Shown piece by piece: positions 1 to 13,700 of a stretch of 64,000 nucleotides of DNA. Each line of letters begins with the position of its first letter. Within the stretch, counting starts at the first letter, position 1. This DNA comes from Lytechinus pictus (lineage: Eukaryota). The notes under the pieces are model-generated. The model did not search any database. It was not told where the DNA came from and saw only the letters and a program-made list of their open reading frames with translations. The stretch lies in assembly GCF_037042905.1 (NCBI RefSeq), contig NC_087245.1:18292001-18356000 (forward strand), read 5' to 3'. Both the position numbers and the translations under genes were made by a program.

Positions 1-318
1 GAATTATAAACAAAATGTCAAACTCTAGAGAAATGGCTAATACCGTATGGATCCAAGCCCAGTGGCGTATCTAACATGTCTATAAAGGGATTCGGGCACG
101 AACTCCGGGCGGCCAGGGCGATGATTCTTCTCAGAATCGCATAAGTTTACGTCGCTATAATATTTCTAATTCCAGAACTTTGGCGTATGTTGAATTTCAT
201 AATGGAAAATGGATAGAAATCACCCAGGAGCCCTCCTCCCAGAAAACACATGTGTTCAGACACTTCAACGATATCTGTGACCTAAAACTAGTCAATTTCT
301 TATAGCCGGGTACTCTTA

Positions 319-636
319 AGGCGACCGCACACCTTACGACTGGTCTGCGACCCGATTTAGGAACTCCTTGCAAGCCCTTATTTTGGAGTAAAGTCCAAAT
401 TAGGTTCAAATCGTAGCCAATCGTAAGACTGCTATGACGTCATTACGACTAGATATTAAATTCGCTTTTATTCTAAGAAGGATGATAGCATAGTCACAAA
501 TTTGATCATAGGTATTCGTACGATGATTTCGAACATTACACAGTAAGATATTCCAAGTCTCAATATTAGCATCAAATTCTATTACATTTTATTCTGAAAT
601 CGGGTCGCAGACCAGTCGTAAGGTGTGCGGTGGCCT
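319..636. mobile_element. PIF/Harbinger MITE, copy 1
   Basis: ~40-bp TIRs AGGC(G/C)ACCGCACACCTTACGACTGGTCTGCGACCCGATTT; TSD TTA. Confidence 0.85.
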
Positions 637-3600
637 TTAAGTACTCTAACTGTAAAACTTGTAGTGGATAAAATCAAACCGGGTTGGTGTTTTTTTGTTG
701 CAATTTTTAACTTTTTGAAGCACATTTTCCAGGACTTTTAGTTTTATAACATATCACAATCAGAAGTATTAAGACCTCGAAGCTCTGATTTCAAGCAAGC
801 AAAATCAATGCTAACCAAAGCCTTTAATCGGCACCCAATTTGAGTTAGGAAGTCATTACTGTCATACAAAACTTATGGAGACTTCAGGAACGCTGGAACT
901 GGAAAAATTCTCGAATATCGGAAGTTATCAGGTACATATTACAGAGCTAATCCTCTCGACTGTAACTTGACTATTTCCTGGACCAATTTTAAAACAATAA
1001 ACACGGGGTATTCATCGCTACCGTACAGGATATGAGCAGTCTATTGTTTGTAAAAAAAGTCACCCCAAGTTGGGCTCAAATTAAAGATAAATCAGAGAGA
1101 AGGCATCCATATTATTGTTTAAAGGGTACCCTCGAGTAAATAAGTGGGAGTACCATGTCATGATCTTGGCAAAATTTATCCGACATTAAGTCGATATTTC
1201 TGGAAATTGTAGGGATCGCTTAACGTCTTCAACAATAATCTATTTTGGTCGAAATAATTTTCACGTAAAAGTGAGGACACAACTGTAAGCTTGCCAATTG
1301 TTTTCCGGTGTACCCCTTTCACCCCACCTACTGACCACGAATGGACGCCCCCTATGCGTGACTCAATTCTAGAGGAGTAACTGGGTCTCTGATACCATGC
1401 CAGAAACAGTCAAGGTGATCTTTGCCTCAGAAGATTTAACACTCAGACGATAACAACCTTTGATAGTGTCGTGGCGGAAACGAGATTTAGGAGGGAATGC
1501 ACATTCGCTTCTTGATACTTTTATAAGGGTAACTACCATTACCAAGTTGGTTTTGAAAGAGAAGGAGAGCTTTAGTAAAATGGTACGATTCGGAAACCTC
1601 ATGGTGTATCAGAAGTAGGGGAAAAAAATAAAGGCATGCAGGAGTAGTAATAACTGCAAAAATATTCTGGATGATAGCAATGGTAGTCATGATAGTAGTA
1701 GCAGCAGCAGCAGCAATAAATCAACAATCAAATGATATTTCGTAATAAAAGAAAAATCATCGACAAAAACTGCGAATGCAGCCATTTCAGTAAACAATCA
1801 TGATCATGAAGATGGAATTTGATACCATCGAATTCCATCTGTTTGGTAGGATAAGAAGCAGCAATATCAGTAGCAGAATTAGAAGTAGTGGCAGCAGCAG
1901 TAGATGTAGACATAGTAGAAATAATATGAAAATGTAGGGAAGAAATATAATACAATATATTTAATAGATGCATGACTAATTCATTGGTAACTGTATATTT
2001 TGCTGATTTGTGATAATGGTCTCAGTGGGAATTATTTTAGTTTTGTCTTGCATCGGGGTTTTTTGGGTGAAAATGAGGACATATTACTGTGTGTCAGACT
2101 ATTGTACTACGGACTGTCTTGGCACTAACACCTCGATGGTATGACTTTACATATTCTTTGGGTCTACATAAAGTCATGAGCTAAGGTAGATTATAGCACC
2201 GGCGGCAATCCCGGGTGGAGGGATGCCCCCTCCCCCCCCCCCCCGCGAACTTTGAAGTTTGTACAGCAGCCTATGCGAGAGAGCCTATACTCTTCACCTG
2301 GACCAAACAAATCTCACGAAAGAAGTAAACTTTAAAATAAACCTGCTCATTCCATCCTAAGAACAAGCTGTCACACACCTAAAATGTTTGTGTTTCAGGA
2401 AAAATTTCATTATATGAAAATCATATATAACCAGCGTGCCATCTGATGTGGAAAGGGGGGGGGGGGTATTTTGGCATTTTGAATCCATCACTGATTACGG
2501 CTTTCATCATATCGCCCTTAAATCACAACAGACGCCATGATTCTGAATCGCTTTATTAATATACTTTGAGGCGAGCAACATTATTCATTGGTCCTCATCT
2601 GTGCCCTATTTATGCCTCCTTCAATCAGCAACCCTGTAATTCGAGCGAACCTGATCACCGACAACTACTGGCTTACTTCAGTTACACAGTCAAGGTTAGG
2701 CATTCTTTACGTGTCTGTCTCGAAACGCTTGGTATGGCTCCGATTAAGTCATAAGTATATTGGTTCGAGTTCATCCATTGACGTTTACACGCAATCCATC
2801 ACCAGACCATCAGAAAAAAGTAATAGTATTTATTGTATGAATGTCCAAATTCTCTCATTTTCAGTTCGTCATGGATAAAACAATAACAATCTGAACAGAG
2901 GCTATTTTTCTAAATATACTCCGTATTTAGCCCATTCAGTAGGACCTCTTTCGGGGGTTCTGTGGCCATGTTTGAGGACTACTTATTTGGCATTTAAGTG
3001 TTGATTATTTTATACTTCGCAACAGAAATTATATTACAGCTATCTGGAATGTAGCAACTTTCCTGTGAGACTTTTTGTTTCTTTTCTGAAATAAAATAGG
3101 CCGATCATTTTGTTTGTAGCTTAAAATATAGAATTTACCATGTACGTATAAATTCATATTAAACATCTTATGAACTCTATATTTCGGATCCCCATTTGTC
3201 TTTATTTTTCTAATGATTATATCAGGATAAATGTTCAATCAACTTCGTAACGAGACAAACAACATGCGAAACCGATGCAAATCACGTTACATGTTGTGTT
3301 ACCTGTTCGGTCAATGGCTTTGATGAAGGTCCGTGGGTCTGCTATAATGATGCTGTATCATCATGATTATGGTGGAGGAGAGGATCGTGTAATACCCTAT
3401 TTCCTTTTCCCCCATAGACAAATATTAGGCTCAATGATACAGATGGAAGATTGTTTTTACTTGATGACACCTATATCCCAGCCTCTACTAATGACTTATA
3501 TAGTGGAGCCTTTGTAGGCAGGAAAGTTTGATGACCTTAAGTCGGCTCCACGCCGAGTGTCTGACGCAGATGCTCTTTTCTTTTTTAAATTGCCGATCTG

Positions 3601-4896
3601 TCGATCTTTTTTATCACAAATATATTTCACAAAAACGAAAAGCCAAACTTTTCTTGTTTGCTGGTTGGGAAAATAATGCCAGCAATGTTTCCACACTAGT
3701 TTGTCCCGTTGATTAATGTTGTAAAATTAAAGAGTGAATCAACCATGTCAACCGAGTGTTGCCGGTGATGACCTATTGCAAAATAGACCTCCGTGGGTCG
3801 ACCCAATTTAGCTGCATATGAGGAGCCATTTCTATAACTCAAAAGGAATACCTCAGCATTAAAAAATACTAATAAATCATAACGTTTGGATATTAGGGAG
3901 GCGGCAGTAATCTACGCATCTTGAAAATTCTGAACCCGATTTGAAAATCTAAAGGTAAGTTCAGTATGAGCTCGGGTAAGGTCACAATTAGCTTAAAATT
4001 CGTTGCGAAAAAATATTTTATATCAAAATTTTTAATTTGTGAATCCAATAGTATGGTAAACGACACCTGCGTCAATTTGAAGTGAACTTCTCAGTGTCTT
4101 GTACTCTGGACAAATACACGTTTTTCAGTTGAATGAATGAGAGGTGTTACGTATAAGGCGGATATGTTTACGCATTAAAGTTTGTTTTTATGTCTGGTGC
4201 GTGACGGTTAACGTGTAGTAATCGAAATTTATAGTTTCCGTATTACGTCTGTATTGATGAGCGTACTTCTTGTATCCGAGACCCTTCGGCCAAGAAACAC
4301 TTTCATCATGACTTCACCTTCTCAAGAATGATTCTCTATGGCTAAAATTTACTAAAATGTGAAATAATATGTATATATGTTCACGATCAGACGGCTTTAC
4401 ATTTATATTACGACACAATGGTATCGTCGCGACGGTGCTATACTCATTGCTTGTTTATCTGTCTCTTTTTAAAGGACCTTCAATTTATAGACCCTTTTTT
4501 ATATCATTATTTTTGTGAACGCTTTCGACGAAAAACAGTTTGTATGTGAGGGTAAAATTGCTGTCAATAGAGTTTCTTATCCACAATGTTATTAAGTAAC
4601 ATTTGAAATTATATCGACGTGACAGTTTTATTCCGCATACCGCATTTATCAACAAGTCCCATAAATTCCCACTTAGTTAGTCCCAGCGTTTTGCTTGTTT
4701 GATTTTTCTCTGTTTATTCAAATCAACATTTCTTCTGGGGTGGGCTTGACCTTTGAATAATTGCAGTGATGGTAGATCGTATCAGATCAGTCTATGTATT
4801 TTGAATGGTTGATATTTTTAGCGATAAGCTACGAAAAGCCAATCGTGGTTTCGTGACGGATCGCGCGGCAGTGGAACGAAGTATAGGTAAACTTAC

Positions 4897-5121
4897 GACA
4901 TGTTGGTGCTGGCGCTGTCCATACGCCCATGATACAAGTTCGTGTCGTTGACCCCACCAGTCGTGTCCTTCCGGGGTCTTGGCACGCATGTGTGATGACC
5001 GTTCTAGCCGGGAATGTCTTGCTGCTCTCCGTGAAATTGGCATTCTGATCAATCGTTATGAACTGGATGAGACCGGTAAGAGTCGGTGGTCGTCGGCAGC
5101 GTCGAGTGTCGGATGAAATAC
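4897..5121 (-). CDS. Coding exon 3, Sushi/CCP/SCR domain
   Basis: Acceptor cccttcag and donor C|GTAAGT. 225 nt, phase 1-1: ISSDTRRCRRPPTLTGLIQFITIDQNANFTESSKTFPARTVITHACQDPGRTRLVGSTTRTCIMGVWTAPAPTC. It has four Cys with the CxxP...C..G..L.GS..RTC..G.W....P.C Sushi pattern. Confidence 0.88.
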
Positions 5122-5246
5122 CTGAAGGGAGTCCTTTTTTATGAAATTTGGAAGGAAAAAAATTATTAAAATTAAAATGTCGAACAAATATGTGAATATA
5201 ATTTCCTCTCGACTATAATAATTTACAAATAAATAATAATAATTGA

Positions 5247-5480
5247 AATTATAGAAGTGAAATACACAAAGTCAACGGTATGTAGAAAGGGACAAAGAGA
5301 AAGATGAACTGGAGTGCCCCAAAGAATTATAGAAGTGAAATACACAAAGTCAACGGTATGTAGAAAGGGACAAAGAGAAAGATGAACTGGAGTGCCCCAA
5401 AGAATTATAGAAGTGAAATACACAAAGTCAACGGTATGTAGAAAGGGACAAAGAGAAAGATGAACTGGAGTGCCCCAAAG
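5247..5480. repeat. Perfect 78-bp x3 tandem repeat
   Basis: Units start at 5247, 5325 and 5403 and are identical. Confidence 0.95.
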
Positions 5481-5486
5481 AAAAAT

Positions 5487-6332
5487 AACAAATGGAACGC
5501 CTCTGGCTGTCTCGCCTCCATTACGCGATTCAATATAGCAGCAGTGCTGACTTTGAAAACAGCTATTGAATAATTATCCACACAAAAAAACCACTCATAA
5601 GATAATAAAATATTATGTCCATTGACCCAACATGACATATGACTATGATCATGTGACCTAAGACGTGTGCAAAACAATCATTCATACTTTGTTAACCGTA
5701 TATCTATGTTTCATGAACTACATGTGTAGATCCATAAACTTTTTAAGTTCTGATGATAATTCAACAAATGCCCCCAGCATGGCCAAAGTTCATTGACCTT
5801 AAATGACCTTTGATCTTAGTTATGTGACCTGAAACACGCATAGGATATTGAGGGATACATGATTACTCTAATGTCCAAGCTTCATGAACAAGATGTATAA
5901 ACTTTTAAAGTTATGATGACAATTCCACAAATACCCCTAACATGATCAAAGTTCGTTGACCCTAAGTGACCTTTGACCTGGAAGGTAATTTGACCTAAGA
6001 CTCAAGCAGGATCTTAAGTGATACACTATCACCCTAATGTCCAGGTTTCATGAACTAGATCTATAAACTTTTAAAGTTATGATGACAATCATAACTTTAA
6101 AAGTTTATAGATCTAGTTCATGAAACACCCCCAACATGGTCTAAGTTCATTGACCCTAAATGACCTTTGACCTTAGTCATGTGACCTGAACCTCAGGCAA
6201 GATTTTCAGTAATACTTGATCACCCTTATATCCAAGTTTCATGAGCTAGGTCCATATACGAGATATGAGATAAGATATGAGGACATTTTTAAAAACGTAA
6301 CCTTGGTTATTAAGGTTTAATGTTGATGACGC
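5487..6332 (-). mobile_element. HINE of the same family, 5'-truncated at the GGC microsatellite
   Basis: Reverse-complement homology to ~37065-37957, including the TGACCTTTGACCT core repeats. Confidence 0.82.
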
Positions 6333-6522
6333 TTTATCAAATAAAATTTGTTTACTTTATTTATCTTTCTCGTGGGTTTGTGAAAATGAAAATGTAAATT
6401 TCCCCAAAAATAGAATTTAACTGAGTTGGCGACGATGGGATTGATGGAGATTCAGATCATAACACAAACATTCAAATCATCATAATCATAAAAAAGGGTG
6501 GGTGAAGCAGTCGAGTGATTAA

Positions 6523-7023
6523 AGGGTAAGTTCACCCTGACAAAAAGTTTATTGTAAAAATAGCAGAAAAATAATAGAAAATATTGCCGACGGTTTAAGG
6601 AAAATCCATCAAAGAATTAAAAAGTTTTTAGAATTTAAATTATCTGATTTGTGATGTCATATGCGAGCAGCATTCTTACATATCGAATGGTAAAAAAATC
6701 AATGAAATGTCATTTTCTTAGAAAATTGAAAATTGTTTTTACTATACCTTTTGTATATCAATGCACAAACCATTTTACACCCGGTCATAAAAAGAAAACA
6801 AAAATAATTCATCAGGAACCATTAAAAGAATGAAATTCGATCATGCATTTTATATTACACAAATAATGGGGCAGCTAATCGTTTGTGATGTCACAAATCC
6901 CAAAATTTTAAATTCTAATAACTTTCTTAATCTTTAACGAATTTTCATCAAACCATCATCAATATTTTTAATTATTTTTTTCTGCTATTTTTACAACAAA
7001 TTTTTTCAGGGTTAACTTCTCCT
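6523..7023. mobile_element. TTAA-targeting MITE (Kolobok/T2-like)
   Basis: TTAA|AGG...CCT|TTAA with long imperfect inverted arms. Confidence 0.8.
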
Positions 7024-8419
7024 TTAATAGAAACATGACACCCTTTATATTTTTAATAAAGTGTGGTTTCTAAAAAAGAAATATTCATACGCAAGATTTG
7101 ATTTTTAAGTATTTTGTAAGCTACTACAACCTGGTCGTCATTTCTGAAGGACACATGATCCTCTGGTTCCTTATCTCAATCAAATCTTGTTTCTATATGT
7201 CATCGTGGTCACGGTCTTTGTTCAAAGAACTGCCTTTTTCTTTAACTTTTCGATTTTCTAGTAATCAAACTTGATACTAAAGATACATATTAAGCAGCGA
7301 ATATAGTCTGAACTGAATCAAAAGCCAAATCGGATCATTAACGAAATGATAATTAAAAAATAGCTTTTATGTAATGATCTTTAAAAGGTTATTTCAACAG
7401 AAGAAAATGTAATGTACATAGCTCTATATATAACTGCAATGGTGGATCAATAATTTCATAATCATAATGGAAGGGGTAGAAACTAAATCCATTTTGCTCA
7501 GCATAATAAGTTTTATTGGGTTGTCATTAAAGAAATGTTTGATTTTTCATTCCCTAAATTCTCGTAAGTTATGAAAAAGGGTCTTTATTGAAAGGATGTA
7601 TTTGAATCCTCATTTCCAAGCGCGCGTTGCGTGCATTTATGGGGGCACTACCCACCAAACGAAATAAATCACTGAATGTTTTTGGTCAGGAAGATGGAAT
7701 GCTCCCTGTGTCCCCCAATCCACGCCTGGATTAAATAAAATATCTCCTCAAAGATCCAATGGGTATTCGAATGGACCTCATCAACAATAATGTCAGTAAT
7801 TTATTTAGTAGCAATAGGAGCGACTTTAAGTTGTGCCAAGGTGGATTTGTCTGACTGTGAATGATGAATCAAATTATTCCCAGAAGCATCAGGCGATTTA
7901 AAATTTTAGAAGGAAAACTCAACTAAATATAGAAGTTACACAAATCTACTCGGAAAACAATATCACGTGTCTTTAATTCTCAATTAATTTCAAAACTAAG
8001 AATTAACTACATTTCCCCCAAAAGAGTAACAAAAACCAAATACAACTACGATACAACTTTTATAAACCCGGGTTATCTGAAGAAAATCAGTAAACTCTTG
8101 TGGTTTTTGTCGCCCCATTCTTTCAGAAATAATCGAAAGTGAATTAAATCTGACAAGCTTGTAACTTTGGTGATAAAGGAGATGAGACAAATATTGCCTT
8201 CCTGAAGTAAGATTTAGGATTCGTTCAAGATCAAGTTACTTGTTTTGAAAATGGTTATATTTCATTTAGGTTACAAGTTCATTCACGGAGCATCTAAAGC
8301 ATTACATAGACTAAAGATAATGAAAATATAGCCTGAGAATATTCATTATCATATAGCCAATTTACGGTTTTTCGAATCCGAGATTCATCTCTTTTCTCCG
8401 AGGAGTGGTTTATTCAGTA

Positions 8420-8421
8420 AA

Positions 8422-8488
<67 letters not shown>

Positions 8489-8513
8489 AAGTGTGTGTGT
8501 GTGTGTGTGTGTA
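8420..8513. repeat. (AT)n/(GT)n microsatellite
   Basis: Direct reading. Confidence 0.95.
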
Positions 8514-8759
8514 TAATCGAAAAAAAAAGTCTGCTTCGACATATAAGGAATAAAATAATCAAAATTTGTGTAGTAAATCGTAGATTTTAAAAGGATTTTA
8601 GATCTAAAAAAAACAATCACTCTCCGTCAGTGCACATGATGTGACAAAAAAAAAGAGAATTCAAAATCCCTTTCTGAAACGGTCATGAAAAACAGAACAG
8701 ACATGTTTTTTCACGACCGTTTCAGAAACGGATTTTGAATTCTAGCAGTGACAACTTAC

Positions 8760-8858
8760 TTTGCCTTGTTCTTACTATAGTTGTTCTTGTTCTGCTAATT
8801 GTTCGTCTGGTAGATGTTATAGTAGTTCGTGAGACGGTTCCACTCTGAGACGATACTT
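8760..8858 (-). CDS. Coding exon 2, Ser/Thr/Arg-rich linker
   Basis: Acceptor ttctcatttgtcacacag and donor A|GTAAGT. 99 nt, phase 1-1, open: VSSQSGTVSRTTITSTRRTISRTRTTIVRTRQ. Confidence 0.7.
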
Positions 8859-9699
8859 CTGTGTGACAAATGAGAATGCAAATCCATATTAGTTAATAAA
8901 TGATTCCTATGATACTTCATAAGGAGTTGATCGAGTGAGTCCATTTTCTGATGACGATGCCAAAACATCATATCAGTCAGTAATATAAGTAAACACATTC
9001 GACAATGAAATTTCCATGCTGATGGACGGAGAATATTTAGAAACAATAATTGGATATGAATTTGAAGGAAAAAAAATCGTTTAAAAATGAACAGAAGGAG
9101 ATAAATAAACACACAAGAACAAAACATATTGACAATAATCAAAAGATGAAAAAATAAGAAGTATTATACTAAATCATTATTTTGCTTTTCTGTATAATTG
9201 TTTACGGTTCTCAAAACCAATTTATATAAATTCTATGTGCCTTTATCACGCGAGTGTGTATGGATATATGACTAGATATACCCCCCCCCCCCATGTATGC
9301 TAATTGCGTGGTCTATAAAATTTCTAAAACTTGGCTCTTCAAGACCATGTTAATAAAACTTTTCATGAGAAAAGGAAGAAATAATACAAGGAGTTGCGGA
9401 AATATCAGCAAGAAACGCTGTCAGCTGACTGGCATATTTAAATAGTTTTCGACATTTTCTTGTGAATGTACTACATAGAAAAGCAGCAGAGCGGAAAGCA
9501 CCCAGTCGTGAACGGGAAACCACTGGCGGAACTTGCCTGCCACCCACGGGTCTTCAGCCAGTTGCTCGAGAACGCCCCTATACCTTTATTAAATTGGCAT
9601 GATCGGTGGGAGAGAAAAGAAATGGAGGCAGACAGAGAGATCAAAAGATAGAGAGATGAATATGAGAGGTAAAATGAGGAGGTAAATGTAAAATGCAAA

Positions 9700-10380
9700 C
9701 AGACAGACAGAGGGAGAGAGAAACATAGAAAGAGGGAGAGAGAGAGAGAGAGAGAGCGAGAGAAAGAAGATTAATGGGAGACAAGGGCATACATCAAAAC
9801 ACAGGGAAATATAAATAGCCCCAAAATAGGTGAAAAGCTGCATGGCTGGTTGGATATCTTGAAGATGAAAGAATGGAGAAGGAATAGCTAAATCGCTCAA
9901 AAAAATAAATACAAAGAGAAATGTACATAAAGATATTGGGAAGGTACCCATTGAATGTGAACCTTACCATGCTAACAGTAGGTTTGTGAATAAGAGGAAG
10001 ATTGAACAAGAAATAAAAGGCAACAGAAGATATGAAAAAAGAATTAGGAATAGAAGAAGAAGTAGAATAATGATAATAATAATAATAAAATACTAAGAAC
10101 AATAATATTAAGAAGAAGAAGAAGGGCAAGAAGGAGAAATAGTAGAAGAAGGAGAAGAAGAAAAAGAAGAAGAAGAATGAGAAGGAGGAGAATGAGAAGA
10201 AAGAGAAGGAGAATGAGACGAAGAGGGGAGGCGAAGGACATGAAGGAGAACTTGATGAAAGGGAAAAAAGAAAACGAAGTAAAGTTTGAGGGGAGGAGGG
10301 GAGAAAGGGATGAAGACGAAAAAAGAAAGAAAATGAAGATGGAAAAGAGGGACAACAAAACCAATAAAAAGAACAATATC
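9700..10380. repeat. Purine-rich low-complexity region, (GA)n/(GAA)n
   Basis: Direct reading; explains several spurious ORFs. Confidence 0.85.
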
Positions 10381-10710
10381 TACAATACCAACATCAACGA
10401 GAGATATGCAAATCATTGATACATCAGTCTACAACTTGAGTTCCCAAGGTAGCTTAGGAAGAACCCTCTTCCGAATAAGGCTATATTGAGGTTTCCTGAA
10501 ACGTGTCTGTTTAACAATCTGTTTTGGGGGGTATTCTCTTAGGTGACATATTGAACTTGAATCTTCCACTCTTATTAAAGGTCAATAACAATATGGTTCC
10601 CATTCATATTCATCTGTCAGGGATTAGAATTATATTTTTGTAATGTATAATAATGTTAATACAAAACAATTATAAAACATTTTTTCCTAGGGTTCAGCGA
10701 AATAAAAGCA

Positions 10711-10766
10711 ACTACTACTACTACGACTACTACTTCTACTACTACTTCTACTACTACTTTACTACT
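10711..10766. repeat. (CTA)n microsatellite
   Basis: Direct reading. Confidence 0.9.
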
Positions 10767-13700
10767 TGTATTGTTAGTATTATTATTTATTTTCATTATC
10801 ATTTTCATTATTATCATTTTTATCATCCTCTAATAGGCCCAACTAACTTTCATTGTAAAAAATAATGTTAAACTATCTAAACATGACATTTTGGCGCGAA
10901 GGTTGATTTTATTTTCGAGAAGCAAATAGTGAGATATCATTACGTCTTATGTCATCATTTTGTCTTACACTTGCAGATTATCCTAAGAAAAAAAAAGTAC
11001 AACTATACACAAATTTAATTTCGTGTGTTATAAAAGATTATTCCATTATTACAGAAAATATGCTTTGCCATTCAATGATCCAGTGGCAACGAAGATAATC
11101 GAAACCGATGATTCGATGAAAGTGAAGTTTTTCTCACCTCCATAGTTTTATTCAATTCTTCTCGAATAAAAATTTTCGCCTGGTGGAATTGGTTTCCAGC
11201 ATAGCCCTTTTAGCTGAGTGTGATGATGAGTTTTTAAACAACCCCTTTTGGAAATTGATAGGCAATAAGGATACAAGTAAGCAATAATGATAAGAATATT
11301 TTATGAGCGAATTGAGTAAACGTTGAACAAAAATCCTCACCATCTTCATTTGAAGATGCACTATCTATTCCATTTTTGTCAAAACGATATAATGTAATAA
11401 ACTGATTTTTTGGGTGAAAATATATGGTTTGGTCTGTGCTATGCGCAGTTTGGTTAACCCGACAAGGATACAAGTAGCTCATAAGGTTCACAATGTTTCG
11501 GGCAATATTTGAAAATCTCAAATATGTGTTAACTATACTGTGCATGTGCCTCAATTAAACCAACAGTTTCTTGATTATTTTAATGTATTCAAGATTATTT
11601 ATTCAAATATACGTATTTTGGTATTTACATTTATTTTCGATTTGGTGATATGACTTATTGCAAGAGGTATATCTATGACAACGAAACGGGATTAAAATAC
11701 ATTATCAACAAGCACCCACAAACACACGAACACACCCACAGGCACTATTTCTCTGTCACCACCCTTTGTCTTGCCCTGTCACTATCAATCACTCCATTTT
11801 TCCCCTAATATTCCTGATATGCACCACTCATTTTACCCTTCACGCAAAAGACAACTCTCATGAACCCATCACTACATTATATGATTTTAAACATTTGCCC
11901 CTTTTCATACCTCCACTTTGTGCACAGTTGTCCCCCCACAACAACTGGACAATGTGACCACTATTTTATATAAGGTGAGAACAATGCAGTCCTTGCATTG
12001 TCCTTTTTTTGTTACGTTTAAAGTTCAAGGTTTGATTTTATTCATACTGCCAGAAATGTCCGAAGAATGTATTTTTGCATTAATATACATTTAGTGTCTT
12101 CATTTGAGTGTTCTCAAATGACAAAAAATAAAGCTTCGACTAAAACGACTAATTCTGTTAACGTTCGTTTGTAATTGTGGTTTTGCTCTGTATCACAATG
12201 AAAATATGTAAAATGCATATTATTTATGAAAAATAAAAGGAATGGAATAAGGGGTGCCCACCCTTCTACCTAATCTAGAGACGCACAATAAAAGGATGTG
12301 GCAAAGGTCGTCTGATAGTACACTCACTCTAAAAATCCTGATGCATCTTTTGAAAACTTATTTTAGATTCTGCTCACTGAGCTGTACTGTGTCTTGTAAT
12401 ATCTCATTCAAGTGTCATGTTTCGGACGAAGATACAAAGATACAGTATTTGTATCCTAGTCTCTCAACATAACTACCCACCTAAATATAATAATAGCGTA
12501 TCAACTTTGCATATTCAAGCACTTTTAAATTCATTTTTTCGTCAATTTACATTTCAATTCAGGTATTTATGCATGTACATGTAAAAGGACGACATGTGAC
12601 GGATTGTATTCTTATCCTAATGTAGGTGAATACTAACATCATATATTCAAGTCTAATGCGAATTAAGGCTTACATGATAAGATAAGTTGTACGCGCCCGA
12701 TGATATGACAACAGGATATTACATGGAAGAGACAATCTCTCTGTCTTTTGAGCAGGATCTGTATGACGACATTATGAAGATCTTCCTGGTTTCGGCAAGA
12801 AATCGAAGATTGATATCATAAGTCAGGAATAATCTTACTAATTCCGGAGTTTGGATGATCTTTTCCATGCATCAGAACAGAAATGCTTTGTGTTTCTGTT
12901 ATGGTGTCGAGTGATGTCTGAATTAAAGCTTTCCTTTCGCGTGTCCCAAACTTTGATAAGTCAAGGCACAGATCAGTGTTCATTCGGATGACGAATTCCA
13001 AAATTACGGGAAAGTGATGATTCAAACGACACGAAAGACAACGGATTAAATCTGTTCCTGAATTAATAACTTGTGTACCCTTGATTGCATTGTTTAATGA
13101 AACATTTCAAGAGGTCATAAAAGGTAACGGTAAAGTAATTCTTAATTGTATTGTATGTGTAATACGACTGATAGCTAAGGTTATAGCTAAATTAAGTGAG
13201 TCATAATACACAATCGTTCAGCGCGATTTTAGAGGTACTGCTTAATTACCAATCGATATAGGCATGATTGAATTGACAAACTCTTTGGTGCACTGACGAT
13301 TTTGAAAGTGGGAGGGGAGGTGGGTTGATCATGCAAAATAAGTGGGGAGGGGGCTGATGCTCTTTAAGGCCCCTTCAGTCCCAGCGTTTCCGCGGATCCT
13401 GTAAATTATTGGCTCATAATGCTCATACTGCTGACCTCCTACTAATACTTTTGCTTCTATTCTACAAATACACGTACATTCCTCATTTGATTCCTCAATG
13501 ATTCAACTGGATTATCAACTTCATATCTTTATGGAATGACTCCAAGTTAAATGACAAATGAATTGAGAAGCTCATTTGCAACAGAGATATAATATTTTTA
13601 CCATTCCAATTGCTAATAAATATACCTAGGATTAATGTGCTAAATGCGTCCTTTAAAGTGCAAGACAACACAAGTTTACATAACAAGTCAATAAGTATTA

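Noticed and set aside
60..1356. hAT element spanning CAGTGGCGTATC to GGACGCCCCCTATG
   Set aside because: Ends are degenerate and there is no matching 8-bp TSD.
2930..3086. Next exon of the Sushi gene, with a VVLKHGHRTP acid-phosphatase-like motif
   Set aside because: Good acceptor, but an in-frame stop precedes the motif and there is no clear donor; cannot be supported.
8795..9142. 115-aa ORF with vague CARD-like look
   Set aside because: A different frame bounded by proper splice sites (8760-8858) explains the region better.
9589..10419. Long ORFs rich in L/F/S or K/R/E
   Set aside because: Products of GA-rich low-complexity DNA; the same applies to 22033-23320.
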